DNA of 64,000 nt from positions 1-64,000 of IMG/VR virus record IMGVR_UViG_3300025621_001306. The stretch is one strand, 5' to 3'. The translations under genes and the position numbers were made by a program. This document shows positions 20,554 through 30,282 of this stretch, piece by piece (within the stretch, counting starts at the first letter, position 1; every line of letters starts with the position of its first letter). The notes under the pieces were generated by a model, which searched no databases, was not told the origin of the DNA, and was given only the letters and a program-made list of their open reading frames with translations. The DNA is from a virus (Duplodnaviria > Caudoviricetes).

Positions 20554-20747
20554 CAGTCCGGAAGCTTATCGTAGTCAGCCTTGCTGCAGAATTTAGTCAG
20601 CTTAGTGCCGTCTTCATCTACCGCTTTTAAGGCGTATCTTATCGATTGCTTTCCGGTCTTGGTTGTTTTTTCGTAAGCGTGTTTTGAAACGCTAGACTCT
20701 TCAACTGAGACTTTCTTTTTCTTTTTTACGTTGTAGAATTCGATCAT
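20553..20747 (-). CDS. Small basic protein, CC1/DUF5679-like nucleic-acid binder
   Basis: 64 aa, Lys-rich; EFYNVKKK...EKTT.TG...RYALKA...GTKLTKF. Confidence 0.55.
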   Translation of the reverse strand: MIEFYNVKKKKKVSVEESSVSKHAYEKTTKTGKQSIRYALKAVDEDGTKLTKFCSKADYDKLPD

Positions 20748-20764
20748 AGTAAAAGTATTTACAC

Positions 20765-21757
20765 TTAATACCCTGATGAGTCACTGCAATTTTGCATCTG
20801 ATCGTAAATCCAGGCATAAGTTTTCTCGAGTCCGTCTTGTAGGGTGATTGATGGAGCCCATCCAAGCACCTCTTTGATCATTTCATTGTCGCTATTTCGA
20901 CCACGAACTCCTTGCGGCGCATCAAGATTGTAGTTTCTTTTTAATTTAATCCCACCAATACCTTCAGCTATATCAACCAGCTGATTGATTGAAACCATTT
21001 CGTCACTACCTAAATTCAATGGACGAGTGTCGCCTTTTTCCCACATCAAGTCCATTCCGGTTATACAATCGTCGATATACATAAAAGAACGAGTTTGCTC
21101 GCCATCACCCCAGATTTCAATTTCATGATTGCCTCTCATCTTAGCGTCAATAACCTTACGGCAAATAGCTGCTGGAGCTTTTTCGCGGCCTCCGCGCCAT
21201 GTGCCATAAGGGCCATAAACGTTGTGGTATCGACAGACCCTAGAATCAATATTAAAGTCCTTGCCGTAGTAAGAAGTTAAAATCTCGCTAAAGAGTTTCT
21301 CCCAGCCATATCCATCTTCCGGATTTGCCGGGTATGCAGTGTGCTCTTTTAAGCCCTGTGAGGCAGCATCTTTAATGTCAGACTGAATCTCTTGAGGGTA
21401 AATGCAGGCAGAGGAGCTATAGAGTATTTCTTTGACCCCGTTGTCTCTGGCAGCCATAAGCATGTGCGCCTGAATTAAAACTGATTCCATACAAAGAGCA
21501 TGATTGTTTTGAATGAAACCCATGCCACCCATGTTACAAGCAAGATTGTAGATTCGCTCAACACCTTTTGATAGATTGTAACAATGGTGCTTTTCCCCAA
21601 GATCACAGTCAAAATGATTTTCAGCAGCATCAAAAGTTTGATACCACTCTTCTGATGGTTTAATATCGGCAGCAATAACTTCGTGCCCTTGCGCTAATAA
21701 ATCTTTAACTAAATAACCGGCAATAAAGCCGCCCGCTCCTCCAACTAATATTTTCAT
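20765..21757 (-). CDS. GDP-mannose 3',5'-epimerase-like extended SDR
   Basis: GGAGGFIA, LACNMGGMGFI, SSACIYP, YGWEK, GGREKAPAAICRK. Confidence 0.85.
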   Translation of the reverse strand: MKILVGGAGGFIAGYLVKDLLAQGHEVIAADIKPSEEWYQTFDAAENHFDCDLGEKHHCYNLSKGVERIYNLACNMGGMGFIQNNHALCMESVLIQAHMLMAARDNGVKEILYSSSACIYPQEIQSDIKDAASQGLKEHTAYPANPEDGYGWEKLFSEILTSYYGKDFNIDSRVCRYHNVYGPYGTWRGGREKAPAAICRKVIDAKMRGNHEIEIWGDGEQTRSFMYIDDCITGMDLMWEKGDTRPLNLGSDEMVSINQLVDIAEGIGGIKLKRNYNLDAPQGVRGRNSDNEMIKEVLGWAPSITLQDGLEKTYAWIYDQMQNCSDSSGY

Positions 21758-22320
21758 TTTTTTGTTAATACGAATTGATATTCTATGATTTCAAAATTTT
21801 CTATTTCGTCAAAAAAGTCTTCTAAGAATGAATCTACTGCAGGTATAACGCCAAAGTCAAGAAGCCTAATTTGAGCATCATCATCTTGGTAGGCGTTTCC
21901 GCACATTGTTCCGCCAGTCTTTAATTTTGTCCACCAATTTTCTAAATCCTGCTGAATGAAAGAATATGAATGATTCGCGTCAAGATAAATCCAGTCAAAC
22001 GAGCCATCTTCGAAGTCATCAAGTGCATCAATTGAGTATTTTTCAATAATTTCCACACGATTGTCTGAAGAGAATTTATTAACGACGTTTTGCTTGATCA
22101 AATCTAATTCACCCTGATCAATTGCGTGCCATCTAGCTGGAATATCCATTATGCTAACCCATGGATCAACTAAATAAAGCTTACTTGGGTCCATCTTCAG
22201 CATGAATTCAGAAAAGTCGCCCCTGAATACACCTATTTCTGCGCAAACATCTCCTGGTTTAATCTTTTCCAGCAGAGAAAGCCTGGAATCATCTAGTTCG
22301 AATTCGTATGGTAATGGCAT
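21754..22320 (-). CDS. Class I SAM methyltransferase (Methyltransf_24-like)
   Basis: EIGVFRG, LVDPW, DWIYLDANHSY, KTGG. Confidence 0.8.
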   Translation of the reverse strand: MPLPYEFELDDSRLSLLEKIKPGDVCAEIGVFRGDFSEFMLKMDPSKLYLVDPWVSIMDIPARWHAIDQGELDLIKQNVVNKFSSDNRVEIIEKYSIDALDDFEDGSFDWIYLDANHSYSFIQQDLENWWTKLKTGGTMCGNAYQDDDAQIRLLDFGVIPAVDSFLEDFFDEIENFEIIEYQFVLTKK

Positions 22321-22325
22321 TTTAT

Positions 22326-22919
22326 TTAAAATTTGTAGTTATATTTTTTTATGTCTTCTTTGTATGTATTATACACAATATTTTTGCTATCTTCTACGTA
22401 TAATTCTCTATAGTCTTTATTGTTTGTTGAGTTTGTTTTTGGTAGGTTCTTTATTGGAAGGTTTAATTTGGATCTAATGCTGAAGTAATCATGCTGTATG
22501 TTCTCGTGTCGACCAATAAAATCAACAGGCTCATCTAGGAAATAAGAGAACGGTTGAAAGTGGATGCCGGACTCATAAGAGCCATCTTCTCTTTTCATTA
22601 GCTGCTTAAAGTCGTCTATGTGATTAACAAAACCACTGAAGTCTAGTTCGTTAGCTAGGTCAGCTATAATGCTATTTCTTTTGTACCATCTATGGCCCGG
22701 AACTAATTTTTGAAAATACCTATAAGCGGAAGCAACCCTATCGTATGGATTTCGAATAAACGTAAAAGAAAAATAACCTTGGCCGATGTAATCAAAATGA
22801 CAAGAAGCTGGACTATGCCCAGAAAAACCCACAGAAGTTAATTTTAAGTCAAGATTAATTGAACTACCAGCGCACTTAGGAATATGCACGAAAACGCATT
22901 TCAACTTTTCTGAAATCAT
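22326..22919 (-). CDS. Sulfotransferase family 2 protein
   Basis: HIPKCAGSS (5'-PSB motif), IRNPYDRVAS (3'-PB motif). Confidence 0.85.
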   Translation of the reverse strand: MISEKLKCVFVHIPKCAGSSINLDLKLTSVGFSGHSPASCHFDYIGQGYFSFTFIRNPYDRVASAYRYFQKLVPGHRWYKRNSIIADLANELDFSGFVNHIDDFKQLMKREDGSYESGIHFQPFSYFLDEPVDFIGRHENIQHDYFSIRSKLNLPIKNLPKTNSTNNKDYRELYVEDSKNIVYNTYKEDIKKYNYKF

Positions 22920-22923
22920 TATT

Positions 22924-23538
22924 TTATTGGTCGAATGGGTACCCAGAGTTAAGGTATGTTTTGTAATCTTTTTTGGAGAAATAATCCCATCCGGTTAATT
23001 TGCATAGACGCGAGATAACTTCAAGAAAATAAAAAGAATTTGGATGAACTTTATATCCATCTTTCAAAATTTTTGTTTGACCATGAATTTTATCTTTATT
23101 TTTTAAGATTATGCTGTAACCGCAAATGTTGATGTTATATTTCCTTGACCTATCTTTCATTCCCATGAGTTTGGATTCGTCTTTTGGGTCATAAAAGTAA
23201 TCGCTGAAACTGATTACTTGGCAGGCTTTAGTTTCGTAGGATTGTATTTTTTTGTAATTGTGTATCTTTGAGGTCTCTTCTTTTATGGGTTGGTAGATGA
23301 TATGTGTCGCAGATTCCAGAAAGCCAATGGATTCTGAATTATTATATATGCTATTGCTGAGCTGATCTCCCCATATGTTTTTGTCACGAAACATTGGTAG
23401 GGGGCGGTCCCCAAGAATGCAGTCGGGGCATATATACTTGCAGGAGGATAGGAAATTTAATTTACCTAAGTACCAGCATAAAGCTTGAGCTTGACAGTTG
23501 CCAACTACAGCAACTTTGGTCGAGCCATCATGATTCAT
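22924..23538 (-). CDS. WcbI-like putative polysaccharide acetyltransferase
   Basis: VVGNCQA N-terminal motif, IIYQP, late HP. Confidence 0.55.
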   Translation of the reverse strand: MNHDGSTKVAVVGNCQAQALCWYLGKLNFLSSCKYICPDCILGDRPLPMFRDKNIWGDQLSNSIYNNSESIGFLESATHIIYQPIKEETSKIHNYKKIQSYETKACQVISFSDYFYDPKDESKLMGMKDRSRKYNINICGYSIILKNKDKIHGQTKILKDGYKVHPNSFYFLEVISRLCKLTGWDYFSKKDYKTYLNSGYPFDQ

Positions 23539-24077
23539 TTCTTCTGGAAAACAAATTGATCTTTAATTAATTCAGAATGATTAATTTCAGGTTCGCGCTC
23601 TTGCCTAAACTCATCAACAGCCTGCACGATGCCGAATTGCAATTCTTCAACTTGATATTTTCCTTCGATATAGTCATCGCCGCACAAATAGCCTCCGCTT
23701 TTAAGTTTTGGCCACCAGCCATTAAGGTCTTCTTTTACGAATTCATAGCTGTGATTGCCGTCAATATAAATCCAATCTACAGAACCGTCTTTAATGTCAG
23801 TCATTGCGTCAGCGGAAAATTTCCGTATCAATTTAACCTTTTTGTTGAAGAAAAACCTTCTCTTTACTGTGTTGTAAATATCATCTAAGTTTTTTTGCTC
23901 AGTATTATGAAGGCGGCCTTCTACATCGTTGATAGTTTGCCAAGGATCAATCAAGTAAAGCTCAGAAATTGGAAGCTGAGCGATATGCCTAGACAAATCA
24001 CCCTTCCATACTCCGACCTCCACGCAAACTGCGTCGTTTTTAATAAATTGCAATACTCCTTTGTTTCCTAAGCTCAT
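23535..24077 (-). CDS. Class I SAM methyltransferase (paralogue of 21754-22320)
   Basis: EVGVWKG, DWIYIDGNHSY, GGYLCGDDY. Confidence 0.82.
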   Translation of the reverse strand: MSLGNKGVLQFIKNDAVCVEVGVWKGDLSRHIAQLPISELYLIDPWQTINDVEGRLHNTEQKNLDDIYNTVKRRFFFNKKVKLIRKFSADAMTDIKDGSVDWIYIDGNHSYEFVKEDLNGWWPKLKSGGYLCGDDYIEGKYQVEELQFGIVQAVDEFRQEREPEINHSELIKDQFVFQKK

Positions 24078-24784
24078 TTTTGGTCCTTATATATCATTGT
24101 TTTTTCACATTGAGGTAGTTTTGGTATTTTAAAACCATCCTTCCTCATATTGTACACTAAATTTTTTGTCATTTTGCCGGCGTCCAGAGATTCAGCTATG
24201 TTGATTTGATTACTACTGGTGGCGTATAAATCTTTGACTGGCTTGAAGTTCATTATCGGGTAAAGCTTTAATAGGGGGTAGTGATCTTCTAGCCTGTCGT
24301 TCAAGTATAAGTATTCGATCACCTCTTTCTTGAGCAATTGTGGTTGGAATATCTGGTGATGATTTTTCTTTTGTATTAATTCAAGCTCACCGAATTTTTT
24401 TTTGATATTTGTATATGAAGTTTCAGCGTCAGCGTTTTTTGTAAACATAAAGCCGCCAATATTCGAGGCGTTAAATTGATAAAGGTCTTTTATTATTTGT
24501 TTGTTTTTAAAATCCAATATGTATTTGTCATCTTGCGCCCACCATATAAATTCATTAGGCTGAGCTATTGATAAAAGAGTGCGAATAGTTGGCTTAACTC
24601 TGCTATCAGTCTGCAATAGCTTGATTTTGTCGGAGCCGTATTTTTCTACTAAATGATCAGGTTTAGTATTATTCCATGGAACGTAAAAAACAAAAGGATT
24701 ATCTGGCCAACATTTAAAGTATGTATATAAGACATATTCCAGGATCGGCATATTCCGATCAAAAGTAAAACATAGCGCTTTCAT
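24074..24784 (-). CDS. Putative GT-A glycosyltransferase
   Basis: WWAQDD acidic motif after a Rossmann-like N-terminus; gene context. Confidence 0.5.
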   Translation of the reverse strand: MKALCFTFDRNMPILEYVLYTYFKCWPDNPFVFYVPWNNTKPDHLVEKYGSDKIKLLQTDSRVKPTIRTLLSIAQPNEFIWWAQDDKYILDFKNKQIIKDLYQFNASNIGGFMFTKNADAETSYTNIKKKFGELELIQKKNHHQIFQPQLLKKEVIEYLYLNDRLEDHYPLLKLYPIMNFKPVKDLYATSSNQINIAESLDAGKMTKNLVYNMRKDGFKIPKLPQCEKTMIYKDQK

Positions 24785-25377
24785 TTATTAATAAACTCAT
24801 AGCCAAAATAATCAATTTCTTCTTTGTACATCTCCCCTACTTTCTTTACAGAATATTCGTTATAATAATTACTATAATGATTGTGGCTGGATTGATTTAA
24901 TTTCGGGAGCGATATATTATTAGTGACACCGATACTATCCAAAGCAAAAAATAAGTGCTCTTCTATATTTTCAAACCTTCCGATAAAGTTATAGAAAGAA
25001 GGGTTTTTTAATTGAAAAAATTGAGAACGCGCATGCCATAAAATATTTTTTTGGGGTAATGGATACTTTCTTATAAAAGTATTGAAGTCATTAATGTTTG
25101 GAAATCTTCCCGAATCAGAAAAAGGAAGAGCATGCTTTTTCCAAACCGAAACTATTCGGTCCCAAGGATTTCGGACAAAAGAAAATTTATAATAATCATC
25201 AATATGATCAGCGTATTTTTTTTTGGCTTGGTCAAATAAACTAACAGAGTGTTGATTCTGGTAAAAAGCTTCTCTAGAACTCTTCTGAAAGCCGCAAGAT
25301 GCTAAAACGCGCTCAATGGAAGTTCCCCCACATTTGGGCATATGAAAAAACAAGGCTTTATGCTCGTGAGAAATCAT
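24781..25377 (-). CDS. Sulfotransferase family 2 protein
   Basis: HMPKCGGTS, VRNPWDRIVS. Confidence 0.85.
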   Translation of the reverse strand: MISHEHKALFFHMPKCGGTSIERVLASCGFQKSSREAFYQNQHSVSLFDQAKKKYADHIDDYYKFSFVRNPWDRIVSVWKKHALPFSDSGRFPNINDFNTFIRKYPLPQKNILWHARSQFFQLKNPSFYNFIGRFENIEEHLFFALDSIGVTNNISLPKLNQSSHNHYSNYYNEYSVKKVGEMYKEEIDYFGYEFINK

Positions 25378-26150
25378 AATTCTGGCAAATAATAATCAGG
25401 GAACCAGTCTTGCTTGCACTTGCTGGTTCTGTACATTTTAATTTCAGGATTGATGATCTTTGCCCAACTCGAAAATGCGGATTGATTTTTAAGTACATAC
25501 TTGCATCGAGAAAGAACGAGCATTTCTGCTACAGCATTTTTTGTTAATTCTAACTTGTTGTCAAGTGTTTTTTGAGATAAATGGAAAACTGGTTCAATGT
25601 TAGTGAAAAACACAGGGACATTAAGCATTTTTAAGATTTCATTTTTTAAAAATTCCTTTAGAGCAACTTCATCAGACAAAACAAAAACGCTTTCAAAATC
25701 ATAGCGCTCAGCAAAAAGTTTTATTTTTTCAATGTAAGCATAATTATCTATAGGAACATTCTCCTTGTCATTCTTTCTAGACTTATCATTGCCTCGAAAA
25801 TGTATACCAAGACAATTATCGAAAGGTTTGCAAATTTCAAAAGACAAATCAATAATGCTTTGATTCAATTCAAAATAATGATTAAAGTAAAAGCTTGCCT
25901 CATTGAAGTCGGTATACTGATATCTTTCTATATCTAGCAGGTTTACAGTTTCACCTGGATTTGCGTTTTGTTTTTTAGGCTCAATAATATGAGGGATAAT
26001 CCTATCTTGGTCCGAAGGGTTTCCATGGTTTACGTTTCTAATATCCCAATGAGGGTATATCTTATTTTTATATAAATAAGGCAGTCTTGCGTTAATCCAG
26101 TTCATCGAGGAACCAAAAAGCCCCTCTTTGCTTTTGTTGAAGATTTTCAT
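25374..26150 (-). CDS. NodZ/O-fucosyltransferase-like GT-B
   Basis: GIHFRGNDK, VFVLSD, EMLVLS...SAFS. Confidence 0.7.
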   Translation of the reverse strand: MKIFNKSKEGLFGSSMNWINARLPYLYKNKIYPHWDIRNVNHGNPSDQDRIIPHIIEPKKQNANPGETVNLLDIERYQYTDFNEASFYFNHYFELNQSIIDLSFEICKPFDNCLGIHFRGNDKSRKNDKENVPIDNYAYIEKIKLFAERYDFESVFVLSDEVALKEFLKNEILKMLNVPVFFTNIEPVFHLSQKTLDNKLELTKNAVAEMLVLSRCKYVLKNQSAFSSWAKIINPEIKMYRTSKCKQDWFPDYYLPEL

Positions 26151-26797
26151 TTATTAATATTAAATTTTAGCACGGGTTTGTCTTGCCATGGGTTTATTTC
26201 TACTGGTAGTATGTTGCATTTTTCTAGATATTTAGCTACTGCAAGGTCTTCATATATATCGTAATTTCTAATTTCTGAAAGTTTATAAAAATTTTTCCAC
26301 TTGTTTAAGGCTTTAGAACTAAGGAAATATGTTGTGCCGCCATCCATCCAGTCGGGGTATCTTCCATTATATCTTTTGTTGAACCAGGGCGAGTCTTCTC
26401 TTACTCTTCCGATATGCCAACCACGCTTACCTTCTCCACTTTTTAGTTTGAATCCAGCGTAGTTTAGGCCGTTGAGCGAGTTAACTAATGCTTCTTGGCG
26501 CCCTTCGTTCCAGCGCATGAAATCAACATCATCATCTATTTTCCAGAAGTAATCATAGCTGTTAGCGTATCCGTTATCTGCTAAATATCCATAGATAGCA
26601 AACATTTTTTCTGGCAGGTCTTCGTATAAATCACGGCATTTTAATTGAATAACATTTTCTTCTAACTGTTTTTCCTCTTCGCCGCCAACAAAAATTAAAT
26701 AATCACCAAGATTCCATTTATTGACGCGAGCCTTTATATCTTCAACTCTATGAATATATTTATGACAACAGACGAAAATTTTAAATATTTTTTTCAC
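26147..26797 (-). CDS. GT31 (galactosyltransferase/Fringe-like) glycosyltransferase
   Basis: DLYEDLPEK, KIDDD, GGTTYFLS, EDLAV. Confidence 0.72.
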   Translation of the reverse strand: MKKIFKIFVCCHKYIHRVEDIKARVNKWNLGDYLIFVGGEEEKQLEENVIQLKCRDLYEDLPEKMFAIYGYLADNGYANSYDYFWKIDDDVDFMRWNEGRQEALVNSLNGLNYAGFKLKSGEGKRGWHIGRVREDSPWFNKRYNGRYPDWMDGGTTYFLSSKALNKWKNFYKLSEIRNYDIYEDLAVAKYLEKCNILPVEINPWQDKPVLKFNINK

Positions 26798-27423
26798 ACT
26801 AGCCAGTGATTGAATTGTTTCATTTTGTCTATCTTTCCTTCTATAGAGTCTATGCTATTGTAATGAACAATAGATGGATTTAATCTTTTATTCCATTTAT
26901 ACCAGCGATATCCATTGGGGAAAGAGTCTTCATTAAGCTTGTGGACTTTTAGGCTAGAGTATTTGTCTGATTGTAATTTAGTATGGATATAATTTTGATC
27001 GCTTTGCTCACCATCTAAAACAAGTTTCTCGGTTGTGTCAAAAAGATCTACTGTTAAATCAGAAGATTTGACCATATAAAAACCCGTGCAGAGCCTATCA
27101 AAATCATTTTGCCCAACAATATCGAAATTATCAAGTAATCCATGCATGTATTCTATGGGATCTTTTAGGTAGAAAATATCTAAGTCGGTGCAAAAAACAG
27201 TGTGACCTTGTTTTAATAACTGATGGGTGTGATCTAATTTTTTGTATACGGTATCCAGGAAGCCTTGACTTTGCCAGTCCCCCGATTTTGTCTCAACATT
27301 TATAACCTCAACACTGGAAATAATTGAATCAAAAGAAGATGTGTTGGCTAAGAAATTATCGCGAATAGATTTGTATCTATTGTCTCCCGAACTAATTACA
27401 GAAATTAATTTTAAATTAGTCAT
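26794..27423 (-). CDS. Nucleotide-diphospho-sugar transferase (GT77-like)
   Basis: TDLDI..LKDP, CTGFY, DQ, FPNG, VHYN; start moved to ATG 27423. Confidence 0.75.
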   Translation of the reverse strand: MTNLKLISVISSGDNRYKSIRDNFLANTSSFDSIISSVEVINVETKSGDWQSQGFLDTVYKKLDHTHQLLKQGHTVFCTDLDIFYLKDPIEYMHGLLDNFDIVGQNDFDRLCTGFYMVKSSDLTVDLFDTTEKLVLDGEQSDQNYIHTKLQSDKYSSLKVHKLNEDSFPNGYRWYKWNKRLNPSIVHYNSIDSIEGKIDKMKQFNHWLV

Positions 27424-28213
27424 AGGTGATATAATTTTTAAAGACAGGATAATTTTTATCGAATTTTTCTGATTGCTTTTCGCCTTGAATGTCAAGCCCT
27501 GATTTAATTCTAAACTTAACGATATCGATATTTTGTAACAATTCGTCAACCCATTCTTCTCCATTGTGGGCGAAGCTTTTTAATTTAACGATTAAATCTT
27601 CAGTTTTCATGAACCAAGACGCATGCCAGCCAGATAATTCCTGTTTCTTGATCGGCTGGGGGAATTTAGGATGATCCCATCGCCAACCGCATTGCATGCC
27701 CCTCCAGTGGGGCATTCTTTTTTGAAGCTCCCTCCAGTAGGAGAAAATAATACTGTGATGTTGCCATGCTCCTAGGTAGCAATCCCAGGATACGTTAAAC
27801 CAATGAGGCTGGACAAGCAAGACTGTGTCTTTGGGTAACTCGTTTTTGTAGTTAGTGATTAATTCTGTGTCTATAATTTCATCTAGATCACAAAAAGAAA
27901 CGATATCTTCGTCGTTTAAGTTTAGCAATGAGACTCCTTTCAGTAATACCTCATATCTTTGGGCATATTCCCTTTTCCAGTTGTCTTTTCCTCGAGTGTT
28001 ACTTTTTATATGAACTATCTTGTCGGAAAATTTAGAAAACATTTGTTTGTTCTCCTCAAAGTAAAGTGGTTTTTTATTGCCGCTGAAAGTCCATGAGTTT
28101 TCATATATAACAAACTTATCTACATAATCGTTTAATTCATGTAGCCTGAAATTAAGTATATCAAGCTCATTATTAAACATGAAGGCATCTATTATCTTAG
28201 GCTTTATGACCAT
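27416..28213 (-). CDS. GT17 (MGAT3-like beta-1,4-GlcNAc transferase)
   Basis: DAFMFNNELDIL..RLHEL, TFSG.KKP, DLDEI, GWHASW. Confidence 0.82.
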   Translation of the reverse strand: MVIKPKIIDAFMFNNELDILNFRLHELNDYVDKFVIYENSWTFSGNKKPLYFEENKQMFSKFSDKIVHIKSNTRGKDNWKREYAQRYEVLLKGVSLLNLNDEDIVSFCDLDEIIDTELITNYKNELPKDTVLLVQPHWFNVSWDCYLGAWQHHSIIFSYWRELQKRMPHWRGMQCGWRWDHPKFPQPIKKQELSGWHASWFMKTEDLIVKLKSFAHNGEEWVDELLQNIDIVKFRIKSGLDIQGEKQSEKFDKNYPVFKNYITYD

Positions 28214-28935
28214 TTTTGGTTGAAATAACTTTTACCTATTGACCGAGTTTCGTCTCTATTGATCGTCTCATGATCAAGATGATACCCAATACAATTAGTA
28301 TTAAGGATGGTATCATGCCCATCTAGTTGAGCTCGTCGGGCAAAATCAAAATCCTCTCCACCCCAACCTTTAAACTCTTCATCTAGACCTCCCAGTTTTT
28401 TAAAAATATCAGCAGGGCAAGACCAGTTGCCGCCATACATATATCGCGGAGGTATCTTTTTACCGTGATGTAATTGTGGTTTTTTGAGCCCAGAAATGTA
28501 ATCCTTTCTTCTGTCCTCTGTCGCTATTAAATCTATCGACCAAAAGTTGTGCCGTATTTTTTCTTTTGTTATAGATTTTACATAATCAATTGGTATTGAT
28601 GGATAACTGCCAGCGATTAAATAGTTATTAAATTTTGAATGCTCCTCTATTCTTTTAGGGTGAGATATAATATCCGAATTACCAAAGATAAATCTATCCC
28701 CTTTTGCTAGATCGGCTCCGCGATTCCAAATATACGCAAGCCTGTAGCCTTCATTGGGGCGGCTAAAATATTGTATTCCTTCTTTTTCTAAATATTCTAT
28801 TGTGCCATCTGTTGAGCCATCATCTGCTATAATGATTTCAAAATCTTTTTCTGTTTGATGTTTCAAACTTTCAATACTTAACTCAAGTGCGGATAAGTTA
28901 TTGTAGGACGATAATATTATGGAGGCTTTAGGCAT
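28204..28935 (-). CDS. GT2 glycosyltransferase with GT7-like C-terminus
   Basis: IIADDGSTD, GGNWS, GWGGEDFD. Confidence 0.85.
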   Translation of the reverse strand: MPKASIILSSYNNLSALELSIESLKHQTEKDFEIIIADDGSTDGTIEYLEKEGIQYFSRPNEGYRLAYIWNRGADLAKGDRFIFGNSDIISHPKRIEEHSKFNNYLIAGSYPSIPIDYVKSITKEKIRHNFWSIDLIATEDRRKDYISGLKKPQLHHGKKIPPRYMYGGNWSCPADIFKKLGGLDEEFKGWGGEDFDFARRAQLDGHDTILNTNCIGYHLDHETINRDETRSIGKSYFNQKWS

Positions 28936-29590
28936 AACTAACGCTTCCTCCTGTTTTGTTTTTATTCCATTTTTTTAAATTATATTGTTCTCCCCATTTT
29001 CTGCCAGCATCTTCAAATACGCCGTTGAAGTTAATTCGGTTTACATCCTTTAGGTGGCTAGAATCTTCTGATCTAGTTTTTTTATGGTGATTGATTAATA
29101 GCTGCTCTGGATCAATTGAAGTCTCTGAAGTAGCAAAAGGTTCGTGTACATTTTTTACAAAAAAATCTTTGCTCCACATAGTTGGGTTAAATGAGAATTC
29201 AAAAAAGTGATGAAAGTGAAAGCCAATATATTCATAATCACTACCTATTAATTCGCGCATGTTAAAGGGAATAAGTAAATCCCAGTCATCTTCAAGCCAC
29301 ATGACGTAACCATCAAGATTGTCTAGTTCATTATACGCAGAACTGATCACGTGTTTTGCCGCCGAATAAAAACAGGCTTTATCTGAAATATGCAAGTCTT
29401 GGGAGCCTCCATTGAAAGATTTTAAGTTATTTGTGGCTTCTTCTGTTTTTTTAAACGGAGAATCTAAGTTAATAAACCATTTATAATTGACACCCTGATC
29501 TTCCAGTATTTTAAAAAAGGGTGGCAGTGTTTGATTATGCAGGTCGGGCCTATCGATTGCAGTAGTTAATATGTAAAGGTCGTAATTCAT
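28928..29590 (-). CDS. Putative GT-A glycosyltransferase
   Basis: TTAIDRP, MWLEDDW; gene context. Confidence 0.55.
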   Translation of the reverse strand: MNYDLYILTTAIDRPDLHNQTLPPFFKILEDQGVNYKWFINLDSPFKKTEEATNNLKSFNGGSQDLHISDKACFYSAAKHVISSAYNELDNLDGYVMWLEDDWDLLIPFNMRELIGSDYEYIGFHFHHFFEFSFNPTMWSKDFFVKNVHEPFATSETSIDPEQLLINHHKKTRSEDSSHLKDVNRINFNGVFEDAGRKWGEQYNLKKWNKNKTGGSVSYA

Positions 29591-30282
29591 TATTTAGCCA
29601 ACCCTCTCATGTGGAGAATTATATTCTTATTGAAATCAAACCCCTCTGATAGAAGTTGTTTTTTTTCTGCAACACGAAGGTTCCATATTTTGCTGTCTAA
29701 AATTTTAATTGAGATCGGGTCGATAATTTTTTTTATATGGATTAAATTTTTAGGAGGATTTTTATGCTTGAACTTAATGATATTATTAAAGCAGCCTTGG
29801 TCGCAAACTTTTTCATGGTTATTATCCATTGATTTGTACCAAAAATCTATAAAAGCTTTAACCAAAGAAGACTTCTTGAAGGAAATAACTCCAGTATTGA
29901 AAGCAGAGGGAATGATAAACTCTTTTGCAAGGCAAAGATCATTACCATTAAGATATGAGAAAATAGGCTCTATCGAGCCTTTTACTTCGGTATCTGTATC
30001 TAAAAAAACTGTACGCTTATAGGGTGAATTTTTTATGCCAAAAACTTTAGGTTTAAGGCCGAAGTCATTTTTAATTTGATTTCGCTCAAAATCTAAAGAA
30101 GAGTCAAGAATTTCCTTGTAGTCAGTAAAAACTGTCGCAGAGAGAGATGGGTTAGTTAGCCTTAAGGAATTGAAAGAATGAAAAAATTCTTTGAGTATTT
30201 GTTTCTTGTCTGGGTTGTATTTTCTCTCTTGGGGGGCTGTGTTGGGGTCTACAGCAACGTAAATTACTCCCTTATCATTCAC
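29590..30282 (-). CDS. GT8-like nucleotide-sugar transferase
   Basis: SPYKRTVFLDTD, FNTGV, DQ, late His. Confidence 0.65.
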   Translation of the reverse strand: MNDKGVIYVAVDPNTAPQERKYNPDKKQILKEFFHSFNSLRLTNPSLSATVFTDYKEILDSSLDFERNQIKNDFGLKPKVFGIKNSPYKRTVFLDTDTEVKGSIEPIFSYLNGNDLCLAKEFIIPSAFNTGVISFKKSSLVKAFIDFWYKSMDNNHEKVCDQGCFNNIIKFKHKNPPKNLIHIKKIIDPISIKILDSKIWNLRVAEKKQLLSEGFDFNKNIILHMRGLAK

